Assembly: GCA_035389185.1 (NCBI GenBank)
Contig: DAOORK010000001.1
Coordinates: forward strand, 446,218 to 510,217
Source: Candidatus Woesebacteria bacterium
GTDB lineage: Bacteria; Patescibacteriota; Microgenomatia; UBA1400; MFAQ01
Direction of reading: 5' to 3'
Length of the DNA stretch: 64,000 nt
Both the position numbers and the translations under genes were made by a program. The notes under the pieces are model-generated. The model had not been told where the DNA came from. It did not search any database and saw nothing but the letters and a program-made list of their open reading frames with translations. This document shows, one piece after another, positions 1 to 9,021 of this stretch (position 1 is its first letter; the number at the start of each line of letters is the position of its first letter).

Positions 1-41
1 ATTTTGACTAACCAGTGCATTGGTTATATCTTACCTTATAC

Positions 42-64
42 AAAAACCTCCCCGGGTGGGGAGG
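42..64 (-). terminator. Intrinsic terminator of orphan 71..439 (repeated hairpin family, copy 1)
   Basis: Minus strand reads CCTCCCC-ACCC-GGGGAGG-TTTTT, 6 nt after the stop codon. Confidence 0.8.
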
Positions 65-70
65 AAGAAA

Positions 71-439
71 TTAGATATTGTTTATCATTAAGCAAGGGAC
101 ATAAATGACTTCTGTTTTTTTATTCCCTATGTCTATCAGCCATTGTTCAAGGACATCGGCAATCACTCTGATTTTTATGCAGTCAGTAAGCGACGGATCG
201 AAATAGACCATAATTGGCAAAAAGGTGTCCCTGCTATATGGTATTGAACCATCTTCGTGCCAGATGTCTTGGTTATGATGTATTTTCAGACTATAGTGGG
301 CACTACTGACACTGAAGTTACTTTCGTATTTCAATCCAGTCCTATCGCATATATTATTGATGAGTTCAAGCCTTTTAGTGTCGCCATCGCTGCTGATCGG
401 AATGCCGAGATTTTCCGGAAACTGAATCTTGAAATGCAT
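71..439 (-). CDS. Hypothetical protein, 122 aa (SD-led orphan cassette)
   Basis: ORF with AAGGAGG-4nt-ATG, TATAAT upstream and its own terminator; no recognisable motif. Confidence 0.8.
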   Translation of the reverse strand: MHFKIQFPENLGIPISSDGDTKRLELINNICDRTGLKYESNFSVSSAHYSLKIHHNQDIWHEDGSIPYSRDTFLPIMVYFDPSLTDCIKIRVIADVLEQWLIDIGNKKTEVIYVPCLMINNI

Positions 440-443
440 TTAT

Positions 444-476
444 CCTCCTTGGAAAAGTGCGAATGGGCACATTATA
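444..476 (-). promoter_or_regulatory. -10 box, boxA-like element and SD of orphan 71..439
   Basis: TGG-TATAAT (471-476), GCACTTTTCCA (450-460), AAGGAGG (444-450). Confidence 0.7.
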
Positions 477-479
477 CCA

Positions 480-503
480 AAAACCCCGGAGCACCAGGGT
501 TTT
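480..503 (-). terminator. Intrinsic terminator after rpsI
   Basis: AAAACCCTGG-TGCT-CCGGGGTTTTT. Confidence 0.8.
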
Positions 504-525
504 GGGAAAGTATTGGTAATACTAA

Positions 526-1005
526 TTAACGTTTCGGAGACTGTTTCTTGGCACGAGCACGACCACCTTGACCGGCTTTTCTGGTTTCTTTCATACGAGA
601 GTCACGGGTTAGGAAACCACCATCACGCATGAGTTTCTTAAACTTGTCAGGATCAGCTTTGGTAAGAGCACGGCCGATACCATGGACAATAGCATTGGCT
701 TGAGCCACGGTGCCGCTACCTTCAACTTTGATACTTCCGGTGTATTGATTAAGAACATCACCGACGACAAAAGGAGCGTGAATCATTTTTTTGAGAGTAT
801 CACCTTTGAAATAAGTAGAAAGAGGTTTGCCATTAACGATTAACTCCGCTTTGCCTGGCCAAAGACGAACACGAGCGATAGCTGTTTTGCGGCGACCAAC
901 AGCGGAGAAATACTCCTTGGGCATGGCGAGAACTCCTTTTTTGACAGGAGTGGTCTTGACTGGTTTGACAGCAACTTTGGATTTTTTTGTTAGTTTTTGA
1001 GCCAT
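526..1005 (-). CDS. rpsI: 30S ribosomal protein uS9
   Basis: AVGRRKTAIARV, LTRDSRMKE, Q.PKR C-terminus; Lys-rich N-terminal extension. Confidence 0.98.
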   Translation of the reverse strand: MAQKLTKKSKVAVKPVKTTPVKKGVLAMPKEYFSAVGRRKTAIARVRLWPGKAELIVNGKPLSTYFKGDTLKKMIHAPFVVGDVLNQYTGSIKVEGSGTVAQANAIVHGIGRALTKADPDKFKKLMRDGGFLTRDSRMKETRKAGQGGRARAKKQSPKR

Positions 1006-1007
1006 AT

Positions 1008-1442
1008 TTATTTATCAGTTTTTTTGTTAAGACCTAGTTCAGTGGCGTAATTGTGTTTGTCATCGACAAACAATTTCAAACGTCTGAGCCTCCCCTGTTG
1101 ATGTTTATCTTTGGGAAGCATGCCTTTGACAGCTTTTTCGATCACTTTACGAGGATCCTTGGCCATCATCTGAGCGAGTGTAATTTCTTTAAGACCACCT
1201 GGATATCCAGAGTGTGAGTAATATATCTTGTCAGTCATTTTTTTGCCAGTGACCGTAATTTTGGCAGCATTGATAGCAACAACGTAATCTCCTTGATCAA
1301 GATGACCGGCGGTGAGGGCTTTACTCTTGCCCATTAATCGTTTGGCGATCTCCACTGCGGCACGGCCAAGAACTTGACCATCAAGATCAACGAGATGCCA
1401 GGCACGCTTAATATCGGTTGGTTTGAGTGTAGTGGTTTTCAT
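1008..1442 (-). CDS. rplM: 50S ribosomal protein uL13
   Basis: WHLVD..GQVLGR, GDYVV.INA, HSGYPGGLK, AVKGMLP. Confidence 0.98.
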   Translation of the reverse strand: MKTTTLKPTDIKRAWHLVDLDGQVLGRAAVEIAKRLMGKSKALTAGHLDQGDYVVAINAAKITVTGKKMTDKIYYSHSGYPGGLKEITLAQMMAKDPRKVIEKAVKGMLPKDKHQQGRLRRLKLFVDDKHNYATELGLNKKTDK

Positions 1443-1447
1443 AAGGG

Positions 1448-1867
1448 TTATTCAGTTTTCTTCTCTTTTTTAACTTCCTTTTTGACTTTTTTCTCTGCAA
1501 CCGGAGCTTGAGCAATTAGAGTGAGAGTGGCTAAAGAAACGGCATCACCTCTCTGGACAGAAACTTTTTGAATGGTGGTGAAACCACTTTTGCGTTCTCC
1601 CATAACAGGGATAATAGCATCAATAAGTCTGTTGGCTGTTTTGGGGGATCCGAGGGTAGCAGCAACGTTGCGACGGGAAGAGAGAGTTCCTTCGGTAGCC
1701 TTAGCGGCAAGCTTGTCAAACAAACGTTTGAGTATCTTGGCCTTGGTAACCGTGGTGGTTATTTTGCCATTCTCAATCAAGGCTTTAAGCTGAACTCTAA
1801 ATAGGGATTTTCTGGAGTTAGAGTCGCGATTGAGTTTGGGTATTTTTGATTGATGTCTGCGTCCCAT
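1448..1867 (-). CDS. rplQ: 50S ribosomal protein bL17
   Basis: KLNR....RK.L, GKITTT..KAK, R.SGFT, RGDA; follows rpoA. Confidence 0.96.
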   Translation of the reverse strand: MGRRHQSKIPKLNRDSNSRKSLFRVQLKALIENGKITTTVTKAKILKRLFDKLAAKATEGTLSSRRNVAATLGSPKTANRLIDAIIPVMGERKSGFTTIQKVSVQRGDAVSLATLTLIAQAPVAEKKVKKEVKKEKKTE

Positions 1868-1869
1868 AT

Positions 1870-2772
1870 TTATTCGATGTTAACGCCTTTTTCTTTGGCT
1901 TTCTCGACGACCTGCTGAGCAGATTTTTCACCGAGATTTTTGACCTTTTGGAGATCGGCAAAAGAGAGGGCTTTGAGATCTGATAATTTGTTGATGTTGG
2001 CTTTTTTGAGAGCGTTGAGCACACGAGTAGGAAGGTCAAGATCATCTACGAAACCGGCAGTTTCGATAACTGACTTGGATTTGACTTCCTTAATGTAAGC
2101 TTGCTCAGAGTTGACGTAGTCAAAGAAACCGGTAGCAATACGAGCGGCACTCTTGACTGCTTCTTCTGGAGTAACAGTACCGTTGGTGGTTAGAGCTAAA
2201 CGGACTTTGTCAAAGTTTGAAGAACGTCCGACACGTGCGGCTTCGACAATGTAGTTGGCTTTGATTACCGGAGAGAAAGAAGCGTCGAGCGGAATGACAC
2301 CGATTTCGTCGGTAGCATTGTCTTCAGCGGCAACATAACCCATTCCGTTGGCGACTGTGATCACGGCTGAAAGTTTGGCTTTGGCCGAAGTAAGGTGGCA
2401 AAGAACAACTTTGGGGTTGGCAATAGTGACGTTGGCAGGAAGTTCGATATCACTGGCTTTGACTTCAGTAATACCTGAGGCCTTAAGTTTAAGTTCAACT
2501 GGCTCTTCGGAATCAATGGAGAAGTTTAGAGTCTTAAGACTTAGAATGAGCTCTAAAATATCTTCTTTCATTCCGGCAAGAGTGGAGAATTGATGAGAAA
2601 CACCATCAATCTTGACACGAACGGCGGCGCCACCTTCGAGAGAGGTTAAAAGGACACGACGAAGAGAGTTACCAAGAGTGTGACCAAAATTTTGAGGAAG
2701 TGGTTCAATAATAACTTCGGCGGAGTTAACAGCGATATCTTTAACGGTGACTTTGAAATTGGGTTCTAACAT
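1870..2772 (-). CDS. rpoA: RNA polymerase alpha subunit
   Basis: IEPL..FGHTLGNSLRRVLL, HQFST..G.KED, DASFSPV, C-terminal HhH (NLGEKS). Confidence 0.98.
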   Translation of the reverse strand: MLEPNFKVTVKDIAVNSAEVIIEPLPQNFGHTLGNSLRRVLLTSLEGGAAVRVKIDGVSHQFSTLAGMKEDILELILSLKTLNFSIDSEEPVELKLKASGITEVKASDIELPANVTIANPKVVLCHLTSAKAKLSAVITVANGMGYVAAEDNATDEIGVIPLDASFSPVIKANYIVEAARVGRSSNFDKVRLALTTNGTVTPEEAVKSAARIATGFFDYVNSEQAYIKEVKSKSVIETAGFVDDLDLPTRVLNALKKANINKLSDLKALSFADLQKVKNLGEKSAQQVVEKAKEKGVNIE

Positions 2773-2798
2773 TTTCTTTTGTACTAATTGCTAATTAA

Positions 2799-3422
2799 TT
2801 ACCTTGAGTAATACTCAATAATAAGATTTTCTTTAATATCACTGCCGATTTCGTCGCGAGTGGGAAGACGGTCAATTTTGCCTTCTGCACCTTTGCGAGA
2901 CAACCACTTGGCTGGAACACTTTTTTCGGTAAGGTTTGGAGAGACAAAGGTAAATTTGGTGGCTCTGTCGGTGAGTTTGATGGTTTGACCAGGTTTGGTT
3001 ATGTAAGAGGCAATGTCAATTTTTTTACCATTAACCAAGACATTTCCATGGGTGACAAGCTGACGAGCAAGAGAACGACTGGTAACGAGATTTAAACGGA
3101 AAACAGTATTGTCAAGACGAGACTCAAGAAGCTGCATCAGTACTTCACCAGTATTTTGAGCAGACTTAATAGCCGTTTCGTAGTATTTGTGGAATTGACT
3201 TTCGAGGACACCGTAGGTACGCTTGGCCTTCTGTTTTTCACGAAGCTGGATACCATAACCGGAAATACGGCCGTGAGTTCTTTTTTTGCCGTGTTGACCA
3301 GGAATCTGAGCACCTTTTTTCTCAATTGGACACTTAGAAGAGAAACAACGTTCTCCTTTTAAATAAAGCTTGACGCCTTCGCGGCGACAGAGTCTGCATT
3401 TTGGGTCGATGTATTTTGCCAT
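2799..3422 (-). CDS. rpsD: 30S ribosomal protein uS4 (Zn-binding type)
   Basis: KCRLCRREG, QLREKQK, LESRLDN, IIEYYSR. Confidence 0.98.
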   Translation of the reverse strand: MAKYIDPKCRLCRREGVKLYLKGERCFSSKCPIEKKGAQIPGQHGKKRTHGRISGYGIQLREKQKAKRTYGVLESQFHKYYETAIKSAQNTGEVLMQLLESRLDNTVFRLNLVTSRSLARQLVTHGNVLVNGKKIDIASYITKPGQTIKLTDRATKFTFVSPNLTEKSVPAKWLSRKGAEGKIDRLPTRDEIGSDIKENLIIEYYSR

Positions 3423-3444
3423 ATATATATTTTCTTAGTGATTA

Positions 3445-3852
3445 TTAGACTCTTCTTGATTTTTTGGGACGACAACCGTTGTGAGGAATAGGTGTGGTGT
3501 CGGCCAACATATTAATTTCGATACCAGATGTCTTGAGAACACGAAGGGCGGCATCTTTGCCAGGACCGGGTCCTTTGAGGAAAACATCAACTGCTGTTAG
3601 ACCTAAGGATTTGGCTTTGCGGGTGCCTTCTTCGATGATGGTGGTTGCGGCGAAGGGAGTTGAACGTCTGGCACCTTTGAAACCGCAGGTTCCAGCTGAG
3701 CTCCAACAAATAACATCTCCGTTCATGTTGGTGAAAGAGACGTAGGTGGTGTTGAAAGTAGATTTGACGTACATTTTGCCTTGGCCACTTTTAAAGTGAA
3801 CCGTAGAGGCTTTTTTGGCTTTGGTGGTGACTTTTGTTTTTGTTTCTGGCAT
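3445..3852 (-). CDS. rpsK: 30S ribosomal protein uS11
   Basis: GFKGARRSTPFAA, TPIPHNGCRP. Confidence 0.98.
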   Translation of the reverse strand: MPETKTKVTTKAKKASTVHFKSGQGKMYVKSTFNTTYVSFTNMNGDVICWSSAGTCGFKGARRSTPFAATTIIEEGTRKAKSLGLTAVDVFLKGPGPGKDAALRVLKTSGIEINMLADTTPIPHNGCRPKKSRRV

Positions 3853-3865
3853 GGTTATTTATGAA

Positions 3866-4264
3866 TTATTTCTTGGCGGCTTCAACCTTGGATGCGTCTT
3901 CTTTGGAGACGGCACCGATTGTCTTTCTCTTACCCTTGCGAGTACGAGCATTGGTGCGTGTTCTTTGACCATGAACGGGGAGCCCCATGGAATGACGAGA
4001 ACCACGATAGGCTTGAATTCTTTTTAATGTTTCAATGTTATTTCTGACAATTTGTCTCAGTTCACCTTCGGTAGGAAGAGTCTCAATGACAGATTGGATG
4101 CTTTTTAGTTCATCAGAAGTAAGATTTTTGGTTCGGATACTGGGATCAACCTTGGCTTGTTTGAGAATGTCTTTGGCGACCTTGTCTCCGATTCCAAAGA
4201 TATAGGTTAAAGCTATATCAATTCTTTTTTCGTTGGGGATGTCGATACCGGCTATTCTAGGCAT
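3866..4264 (-). CDS. rpsM: 30S ribosomal protein uS13
   Basis: RIAGIDIP, LTYIFGIG, GQRTRTNARTRKG. Confidence 0.98.
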   Translation of the reverse strand: MPRIAGIDIPNEKRIDIALTYIFGIGDKVAKDILKQAKVDPSIRTKNLTSDELKSIQSVIETLPTEGELRQIVRNNIETLKRIQAYRGSRHSMGLPVHGQRTRTNARTRKGKRKTIGAVSKEDASKVEAAKK

Positions 4265-4279
4265 ATTATTTTTTACTAT

Positions 4280-4393
4280 TTATCCTTGACGCTGTTTGTG
4301 GCGGGGGTTGATACAAATAACCAACACCTTACCATGGCGTTTAATAATTTTGCAGTTTTTGCATCTAGGTCTTACAGACGATTGGACACGCAT
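4280..4393 (-). CDS. rpmJ: 50S ribosomal protein bL36 (37 aa, not in ORF track)
   Basis: Manual translation [37 protein letters not shown]. Confidence 0.97.
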   Translation of the reverse strand: MRVQSSVRPRCKNCKIIKRHGKVLVICINPRHKQRQG

Positions 4394-4456
4394 GCGCGTT
4401 AAATTTTAGTTAATTAATGTTTTTGTATTATAAAGCAAACGGAAGAAGAAATGAGA

Positions 4457-4675
4457 TCAACCTTGCCGGTAAGTGATTCTGCCTTTGTCGGTGTCGTAGG
4501 GGCTCATTTCGAGCTTAACCTTGTCGCCGGGCATAACACGGATGCGATATAACCGCATCTTACCTGCAAGATGAGCCAAGATTTCTCTGCCGTCTTCGAG
4601 AGTCACCCGAAATTGTGTATTGGGTAAAGCCTCGGAAACGACTCCGTTTACCTCAGTCATCTGGTTTTTAGCCAT
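4457..4675 (-). CDS. infA: Translation initiation factor IF-1
   Basis: [32 protein letters not shown]. Confidence 0.98.
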   Translation of the reverse strand: MAKNQMTEVNGVVSEALPNTQFRVTLEDGREILAHLAGKMRLYRIRVMPGDKVKLEMSPYDTDKGRITYRQG

Positions 4676-4774
4676 ATTTAGTTGTACGAGCGTTATTGTA
4701 CCAAAGATAGGTGCATTTTGCTAGTGCCTAGACACTGGTACAACTCGTAAAGATGATTTTACTATATAAAGCAC

Positions 4775-4802
4775 AAAAAAGCCTGACAATTAGTCAGGCT
4801 TT
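4775..4802 (-). terminator. Intrinsic terminator of orphan 4818..5201
   Basis: AAAGCCTGAC-TAATT-GTCAGGC-TTTTTT. Confidence 0.8.
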
Positions 4803-4817
4803 CAACTTTAAATTTTT

Positions 4818-5201
4818 TTAGAGCTTCATGATCTCATCGGTGAGCTTGTCAACTGCTTCATCGAACTGTTCTAAAAACGTCGTAAGGGCGTCAAGAATCT
4901 GTTCGAGTGAATAAATAACAATATCCCGATCTCTTTTACTACTTGGCGAAAGAAGATTTAGATAAGAGAGTGGCTCGTCGATGGCGTAGACCAGATTTAT
5001 CGTCTGGACTTCTGGATCGACAACCAAGATGTATGGATCGTCATCTTCAACTGACCAAAATAACTTGCCATCTTTTATCGAGATCAATTTGGAAGATAAA
5101 ACAAACATATTAAAAAATGGATGTTTGATAAGCTCTTTATACTTATCAAAAACTTCGTCAGGGAATCTTTCTGTTTCGGCTGGAATAGTTTTGGAATCCA
5201 C
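4818..5201 (-). CDS. Hypothetical acidic protein, 127 aa (SD-led orphan between map and infA)
   Basis: AGGAGGA SD before GTG start, own promoter and terminator. Confidence 0.8.
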   Translation of the reverse strand: MDSKTIPAETERFPDEVFDKYKELIKHPFFNMFVLSSKLISIKDGKLFWSVEDDDPYILVVDPEVQTINLVYAIDEPLSYLNLLSPSSKRDRDIVIYSLEQILDALTTFLEQFDEAVDKLTDEIMKL

Positions 5202-5206
5202 GCTCT

Positions 5207-5277
5207 CCTCCTGTAGGAAGCAAAAATTAAATTGTCAATTGATGAGGTATGTTAGCACGAATATGCCTAAATGTCAA
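5207..5277 (-). promoter_or_regulatory. Sigma70-type promoter and SD of orphan 4818..5201
   Basis: TTGACA (5272-5277), 17 nt, TAACAT (5249-5254); AGGAGG (5207-5212). Confidence 0.7.
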
Positions 5278-5298
5278 GTTATGGGATATATTTTGTGC

Positions 5299-6033
5299 CT
5301 AGTTTATGGCGGTGAGGATGATGGGGCCGTTCTGGGTGATATAGACGGTTTCTTCGAAATAGCCTGTTAAGGAGCCGTCTTGAGTGGAGATGGTCCAACC
5401 GTCTGGGTCTTCAACTAAGTGCCAGTCGCCCATGGCATACATGGTTTCAATGGCTATCGTCTGATCTACGGAAAGGATGTCTTTTTTATTTTGTTTGTCG
5501 GCAAAGCAGGGAATCCAAGGATCCATGTGGAGTTTGCGGCCGATACCATGGCCTGTGAGGTCACGAATTGAGCTAAAACCGGCCCCTTCGACCGTTTGCT
5601 GCATAGCCTGACTGATATCGTAAACCGTGTTCCCTGGCAAAGCTACAGCAATAGCAGCATTTTCCGCCTTCCTACCGACATCAAGGAAACCGGTTATTCT
5701 TGGATCAAGGGGGGGAATCTGAACGGTGATGGCAGTGTCAACATGATAGCCGTGATGAAAAAGTCCTAGATCAATTTTAACCACGTCTCCAGCTTTGAAG
5801 GGAGTCTTGTTGGGGATGCCGTGAACCATACCATCGTTAATGTTGATACAGGTGGCGTGATGATAGCCGGCCTCCATTTTGAAGGATGCTTTGTCTCCTC
5901 CTTCTTTGATTAGCCTATCGGCTAAAAATTCAATTTCCAGAGGAGTGACTCCAGCCTTAAGGGCGGCAACAAGTTGGCCTTTGATCCAGCCTAAACGGGC
6001 ACCACCTTCGGTCATGGCTTGAAGTTTTGTCAT
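5299..6033 (-). CDS. map: Methionine aminopeptidase type I
   Basis: VHGIP, KIDLG, D.A.T, GHGIG..LH.DP, AIETM, FEETV. Confidence 0.97.
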   Translation of the reverse strand: MTKLQAMTEGGARLGWIKGQLVAALKAGVTPLEIEFLADRLIKEGGDKASFKMEAGYHHATCININDGMVHGIPNKTPFKAGDVVKIDLGLFHHGYHVDTAITVQIPPLDPRITGFLDVGRKAENAAIAVALPGNTVYDISQAMQQTVEGAGFSSIRDLTGHGIGRKLHMDPWIPCFADKQNKKDILSVDQTIAIETMYAMGDWHLVEDPDGWTISTQDGSLTGYFEETVYITQNGPIILTAIN

Positions 6034-6602
6034 ACAGCGTATTTTACGCCTGAATCGAGCTTATTGCAGATTTCCTTGAAAATTGTGTCGATATCAGGAG
6101 TGCCATCAATAACAAGGAGTTTCCCTTCCTGACGATATCTTTCCACGACAGGAAGAGTTTCTCTTTCGTAGATACTGAGTCTTTCGGTAATGGCTTCCGG
6201 TGTGTCATCGGTACGGTGTTCAATTTTAGCTCTTTTTGAAAGTCTTTCAAAACTAATTTCTCGGGGAATTTCCAAAAGAATAACCTTGTCGATATTGATT
6301 TTGTTTTGCGAAAGAAACCAGTCGAGGTATTCGGATTGACGAAGATCTCTAGGTGTACCATCGAGGATAAAACCTTTTGACGATTTAAGTTTGGGTTCGA
6401 GGACTTCAAAAATGGTATCAAACGGTACTAAGGCTCCAGACTCGAGTATTTTGGCGATGATTTTGCCTTTTTTACTGCCGCTTTTGGTTTCGGCTCGGAG
6501 AAGGTCGCCGGCAGAGATATGAATTAGACCATATTTTTCTGCAATCAGTTTGGCTTGAGTACCCTTGCCGGACCCTTGAGGACCAAGAATAATTAAATTC
6601 AT
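6030..6602 (-). CDS. adk: Adenylate kinase (short LID)
   Basis: GPQGSGKGTQ, HISAGDLLR, GFILDG.PR, R.DD. Confidence 0.97.
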   Translation of the reverse strand: MNLIILGPQGSGKGTQAKLIAEKYGLIHISAGDLLRAETKSGSKKGKIIAKILESGALVPFDTIFEVLEPKLKSSKGFILDGTPRDLRQSEYLDWFLSQNKINIDKVILLEIPREISFERLSKRAKIEHRTDDTPEAITERLSIYERETLPVVERYRQEGKLLVIDGTPDIDTIFKEICNKLDSGVKYAV

Positions 6603-6604
6603 AG

Positions 6605-7888
6605 TTAATCCAAGAACTTATCGTAACTGTACATATAGAGCTGTGAGTTAACAGACTTGAGAATTTCGAGCACAACCGAGACAACAATGAGAATACTGGT
6701 ACCCCCCATTGAGAGAGAGGTGATACTAGTTGCCTTGGAGATAATCGAGGGGAAAATAGCCACGAGACCGAGGAAACCGGCACCAACTAAAGTAATCCTT
6801 TTGAGAACGAAATTTAAGTAGTCGACGGTGTTGGGCCCTGGACGGATACCGGGGATAAAAGAGCCTGAAGAACGAAGATCTTTGGCAATTTTTTCCGGGT
6901 TAAAAACCACGGCAGTATAAAAATAAGTAAAGGCAACAACCAGAAAGAAATAAATACCGTTGTAAACGGGACTGCCGGAAGCAAAAAGATTGTTGAGAGA
7001 GTTAGCAAAATTGACAACTCCCGGATTGTTAACATTTGCCAGTACCCGACTGAGAAGACTGGGAATGAGCATAAAAGAGACGGCAAAAATAATGGGGATG
7101 ACGCCTGCTTGGTTTAAGCGAAGAGGTAGTGACCCTCCCGAAACAGCACTGTAGGAGGCTTGGCCTCGACGAGCGGACTGGATCGGAATTTCTCTTGTGG
7201 CTTCACCAACACGGACAATGGCGTAAACGGCGGCTAAAGCAAAGATGAAGAAGATTAGATAGGAGAAAATCTTGGTTTGATCCATGGCGGTAAAGGTCTG
7301 AACTACATCGATTGGCAAACGGCAGACAATACCAACAAAGATGATCATGCTGATGCCATTTCCCAACCCGTAGTCGTTGAGCTGTTCTCCAAGCCAGATT
7401 AAAAGACAGGTACCGGCGGCAAGAGTAAAGATAATTGAAGCTAATTGAAGTGGGTCGGCCGTTGTTACCAGGTTTTCTTTGTTTAGAATAAAAACGATAG
7501 CGAAAGCCTGAAGGAAACACAAGGGAACGGTGAGAAGACGAGTGTATTGATTGATTTTTTGACGACCGTAGTCCCCTTCTTTTTGGAGGGCTTCCAGTTT
7601 GGGAATTACCATACCCAACATCTGAATAATAATGGAGGCATTGATGTATGGATTGAGACCGAGAGCCATAATGGAGAAGTTTCCCATGGTACCGCCGGAG
7701 AAAATATCGAGAAGGGAAAGAACTGCCGAGGAATCAAAAAGGTTTCTTAGGGCAACAAGATTGATTCCCGGAGCCGGGATATGAGCAATTAAACGAAAAA
7801 TGGCAATAATAATGGCCGTAAAAATCAGACGACGACGAAGGTCTTTGATTTTCAAAACTGCACGAAGGGGTGCTAATAAATTGTTCAT
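6605..7888 (-). CDS. secY: Preprotein translocase SecY (start placed at ATG 7888)
   Basis: [43 protein letters not shown]; -10 box 7 nt before ATG 7888. Confidence 0.97.
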   Translation of the reverse strand: MNNLLAPLRAVLKIKDLRRRLIFTAIIIAIFRLIAHIPAPGINLVALRNLFDSSAVLSLLDIFSGGTMGNFSIMALGLNPYINASIIIQMLGMVIPKLEALQKEGDYGRQKINQYTRLLTVPLCFLQAFAIVFILNKENLVTTADPLQLASIIFTLAAGTCLLIWLGEQLNDYGLGNGISMIIFVGIVCRLPIDVVQTFTAMDQTKIFSYLIFFIFALAAVYAIVRVGEATREIPIQSARRGQASYSAVSGGSLPLRLNQAGVIPIIFAVSFMLIPSLLSRVLANVNNPGVVNFANSLNNLFASGSPVYNGIYFFLVVAFTYFYTAVVFNPEKIAKDLRSSGSFIPGIRPGPNTVDYLNFVLKRITLVGAGFLGLVAIFPSIISKATSITSLSMGGTSILIVVSVVLEILKSVNSQLYMYSYDKFLD

Positions 7889-7955
7889 TGGTTTTATTTT
7901 AACAGTTTGCTTTGGATAGAATAGGCAAGAAAGGATTTTACAACAAATTGAGAAT

Positions 7956-7981
7956 AAAAAAACCACCCCGGGAGGGGTGGT
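7956..7981 (-). terminator. Intrinsic terminator of orphan 7988..8479 (repeated hairpin family, copy 2)
   Basis: ACCACCCC-TCCC-GGGGTGGT-TTTTTT, 6 nt after the stop. Confidence 0.8.
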
Positions 7982-7987
7982 AAAAAC

Positions 7988-8479
7988 TTAATTGGAATCA
8001 ATGATACGGATGATATTTGATGCATTTTCACTGTCTATAATGACTGTCGGGGAAAGCTCTTCAATGTCGAGTGTGTGAAAATACTGGTTAAAAAATTCGT
8101 TTAATTTTGCTTTGGTTTCCTTGCTATCTTCTTCGAGTGGATCACGAAGGTGAGCTGTTAAGTACTCTTGTTCTTTTTTCTCAATTATTTCAGAAAAATC
8201 AGGGTTGGTAATACAGATTTTGTTTCCCAGGCGAAGGAGCAGTCGATTTCCGAGATTAAGAATTTTTTCCGATGACTCTGTGCTAAGGATATCTCCAATT
8301 TTCTTAAGCGCAGGATACAATTTTGAGGCAATATCGGCATTATTCTCCGAAAAATGAACAACATCTCCATCTGAATCGTATAGGTAGACTTGCGGAAACC
8401 AAGAGCTGACGTCTATTGCCGGTAAGATCTGAATAAAACCTTTTGATAAAGCAAAGCGAAACGCTTCTTTTTTCTCCAT
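7988..8479 (-). CDS. Hypothetical protein, 163 aa; paralog of 8558..8935
   Basis: TAAGGAG SD; shares WFPxVxLYDxxG, LYxxLK and IDSExA motifs with its neighbour. Confidence 0.85.
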   Translation of the reverse strand: MEKKEAFRFALSKGFIQILPAIDVSSWFPQVYLYDSDGDVVHFSENNADIASKLYPALKKIGDILSTESSEKILNLGNRLLLRLGNKICITNPDFSEIIEKKEQEYLTAHLRDPLEEDSKETKAKLNEFFNQYFHTLDIEELSPTVIIDSENASNIIRIIDSN

Positions 8480-8524
8480 GTTACTCTCCTTATGTTAAGT
8501 TACTTTTGAGGGGAATTATACATT

Positions 8525-8551
8525 AAAAAAAGCTACCTCGGGTGGGGTGGT
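8525..8551 (-). terminator. Degenerate terminator hairpin (repeated family, copy 3)
   Basis: ACCACCCC-ACCC-GAGGTAGC-TTTTTTT; C.A mismatches on the mRNA strand; followed by TG-TATAAT (8515-8520). Confidence 0.55.
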
Positions 8552-8557
8552 AAGAAC

Positions 8558-8935
8558 TCAAATTTTTTCGATGGCTTTGACGAGGGCTTCTGCTGCTTCG
8601 CTATCAATTGTGATAAGCGAGTTTTTTATGCGTTCTGATTTATTCGTTTCTTTTGGAAACAGGTAAAGAAAGCCTGCGATAACAGCAAAGGTGAGTTCGT
8701 CGAAGTCACTAGAAAAATCATCAATGTCACGATCGGTGTGATTTCGACTATCAAAAGAACCAAGAAAGGTTTCTTTTAGAACGTCATAAAGACGCAAAAC
8801 ATCAGATTTCACCATCCAAACGGTTTGATTTCCTTGCCAATCATAGAGGCGAACGTCCGGAAACCAGTTGTCTCTATCACCATGAGGCTCAGAAACAATG
8901 GCATAACCGTCAGTTAAAACGATCTTTTGTGCCAC
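8558..8935 (-). CDS. Hypothetical protein, 125 aa; paralog of 7988..8479
   Basis: AAAGGAGG-4nt-GTG; TACAAT at 8970-8975; motifs shared with neighbour. Confidence 0.85.
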   Translation of the reverse strand: MAQKIVLTDGYAIVSEPHGDRDNWFPDVRLYDWQGNQTVWMVKSDVLRLYDVLKETFLGSFDSRNHTDRDIDDFSSDFDELTFAVIAGFLYLFPKETNKSERIKNSLITIDSEAAEALVKAIEKI

Positions 8936-8977
8936 TTATCCTCCTTTATATTTTAAGTTGCTTTATGGGATTGTACC

Positions 8978-9006
8978 AAAAAAAGACCCCTTGGGGGGTC
9001 TTTTTT
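8978..9006 (-). terminator. Intrinsic (bidirectional-type) terminator after rplO
   Basis: AAAAAA-GACCCC-CCAA-GGGGTC-TTTTTTT. Confidence 0.85.
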
Positions 9007-9021
9007 AGTTTTAAATTTTAG

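Noticed and set aside
42-9006. Orphan cassettes as a classical integron array
   Set aside because: No integrase; the hairpins lack RYYYAAC/GTTRRRY ends and are much shorter than attC sites; each unit has its own promoter.
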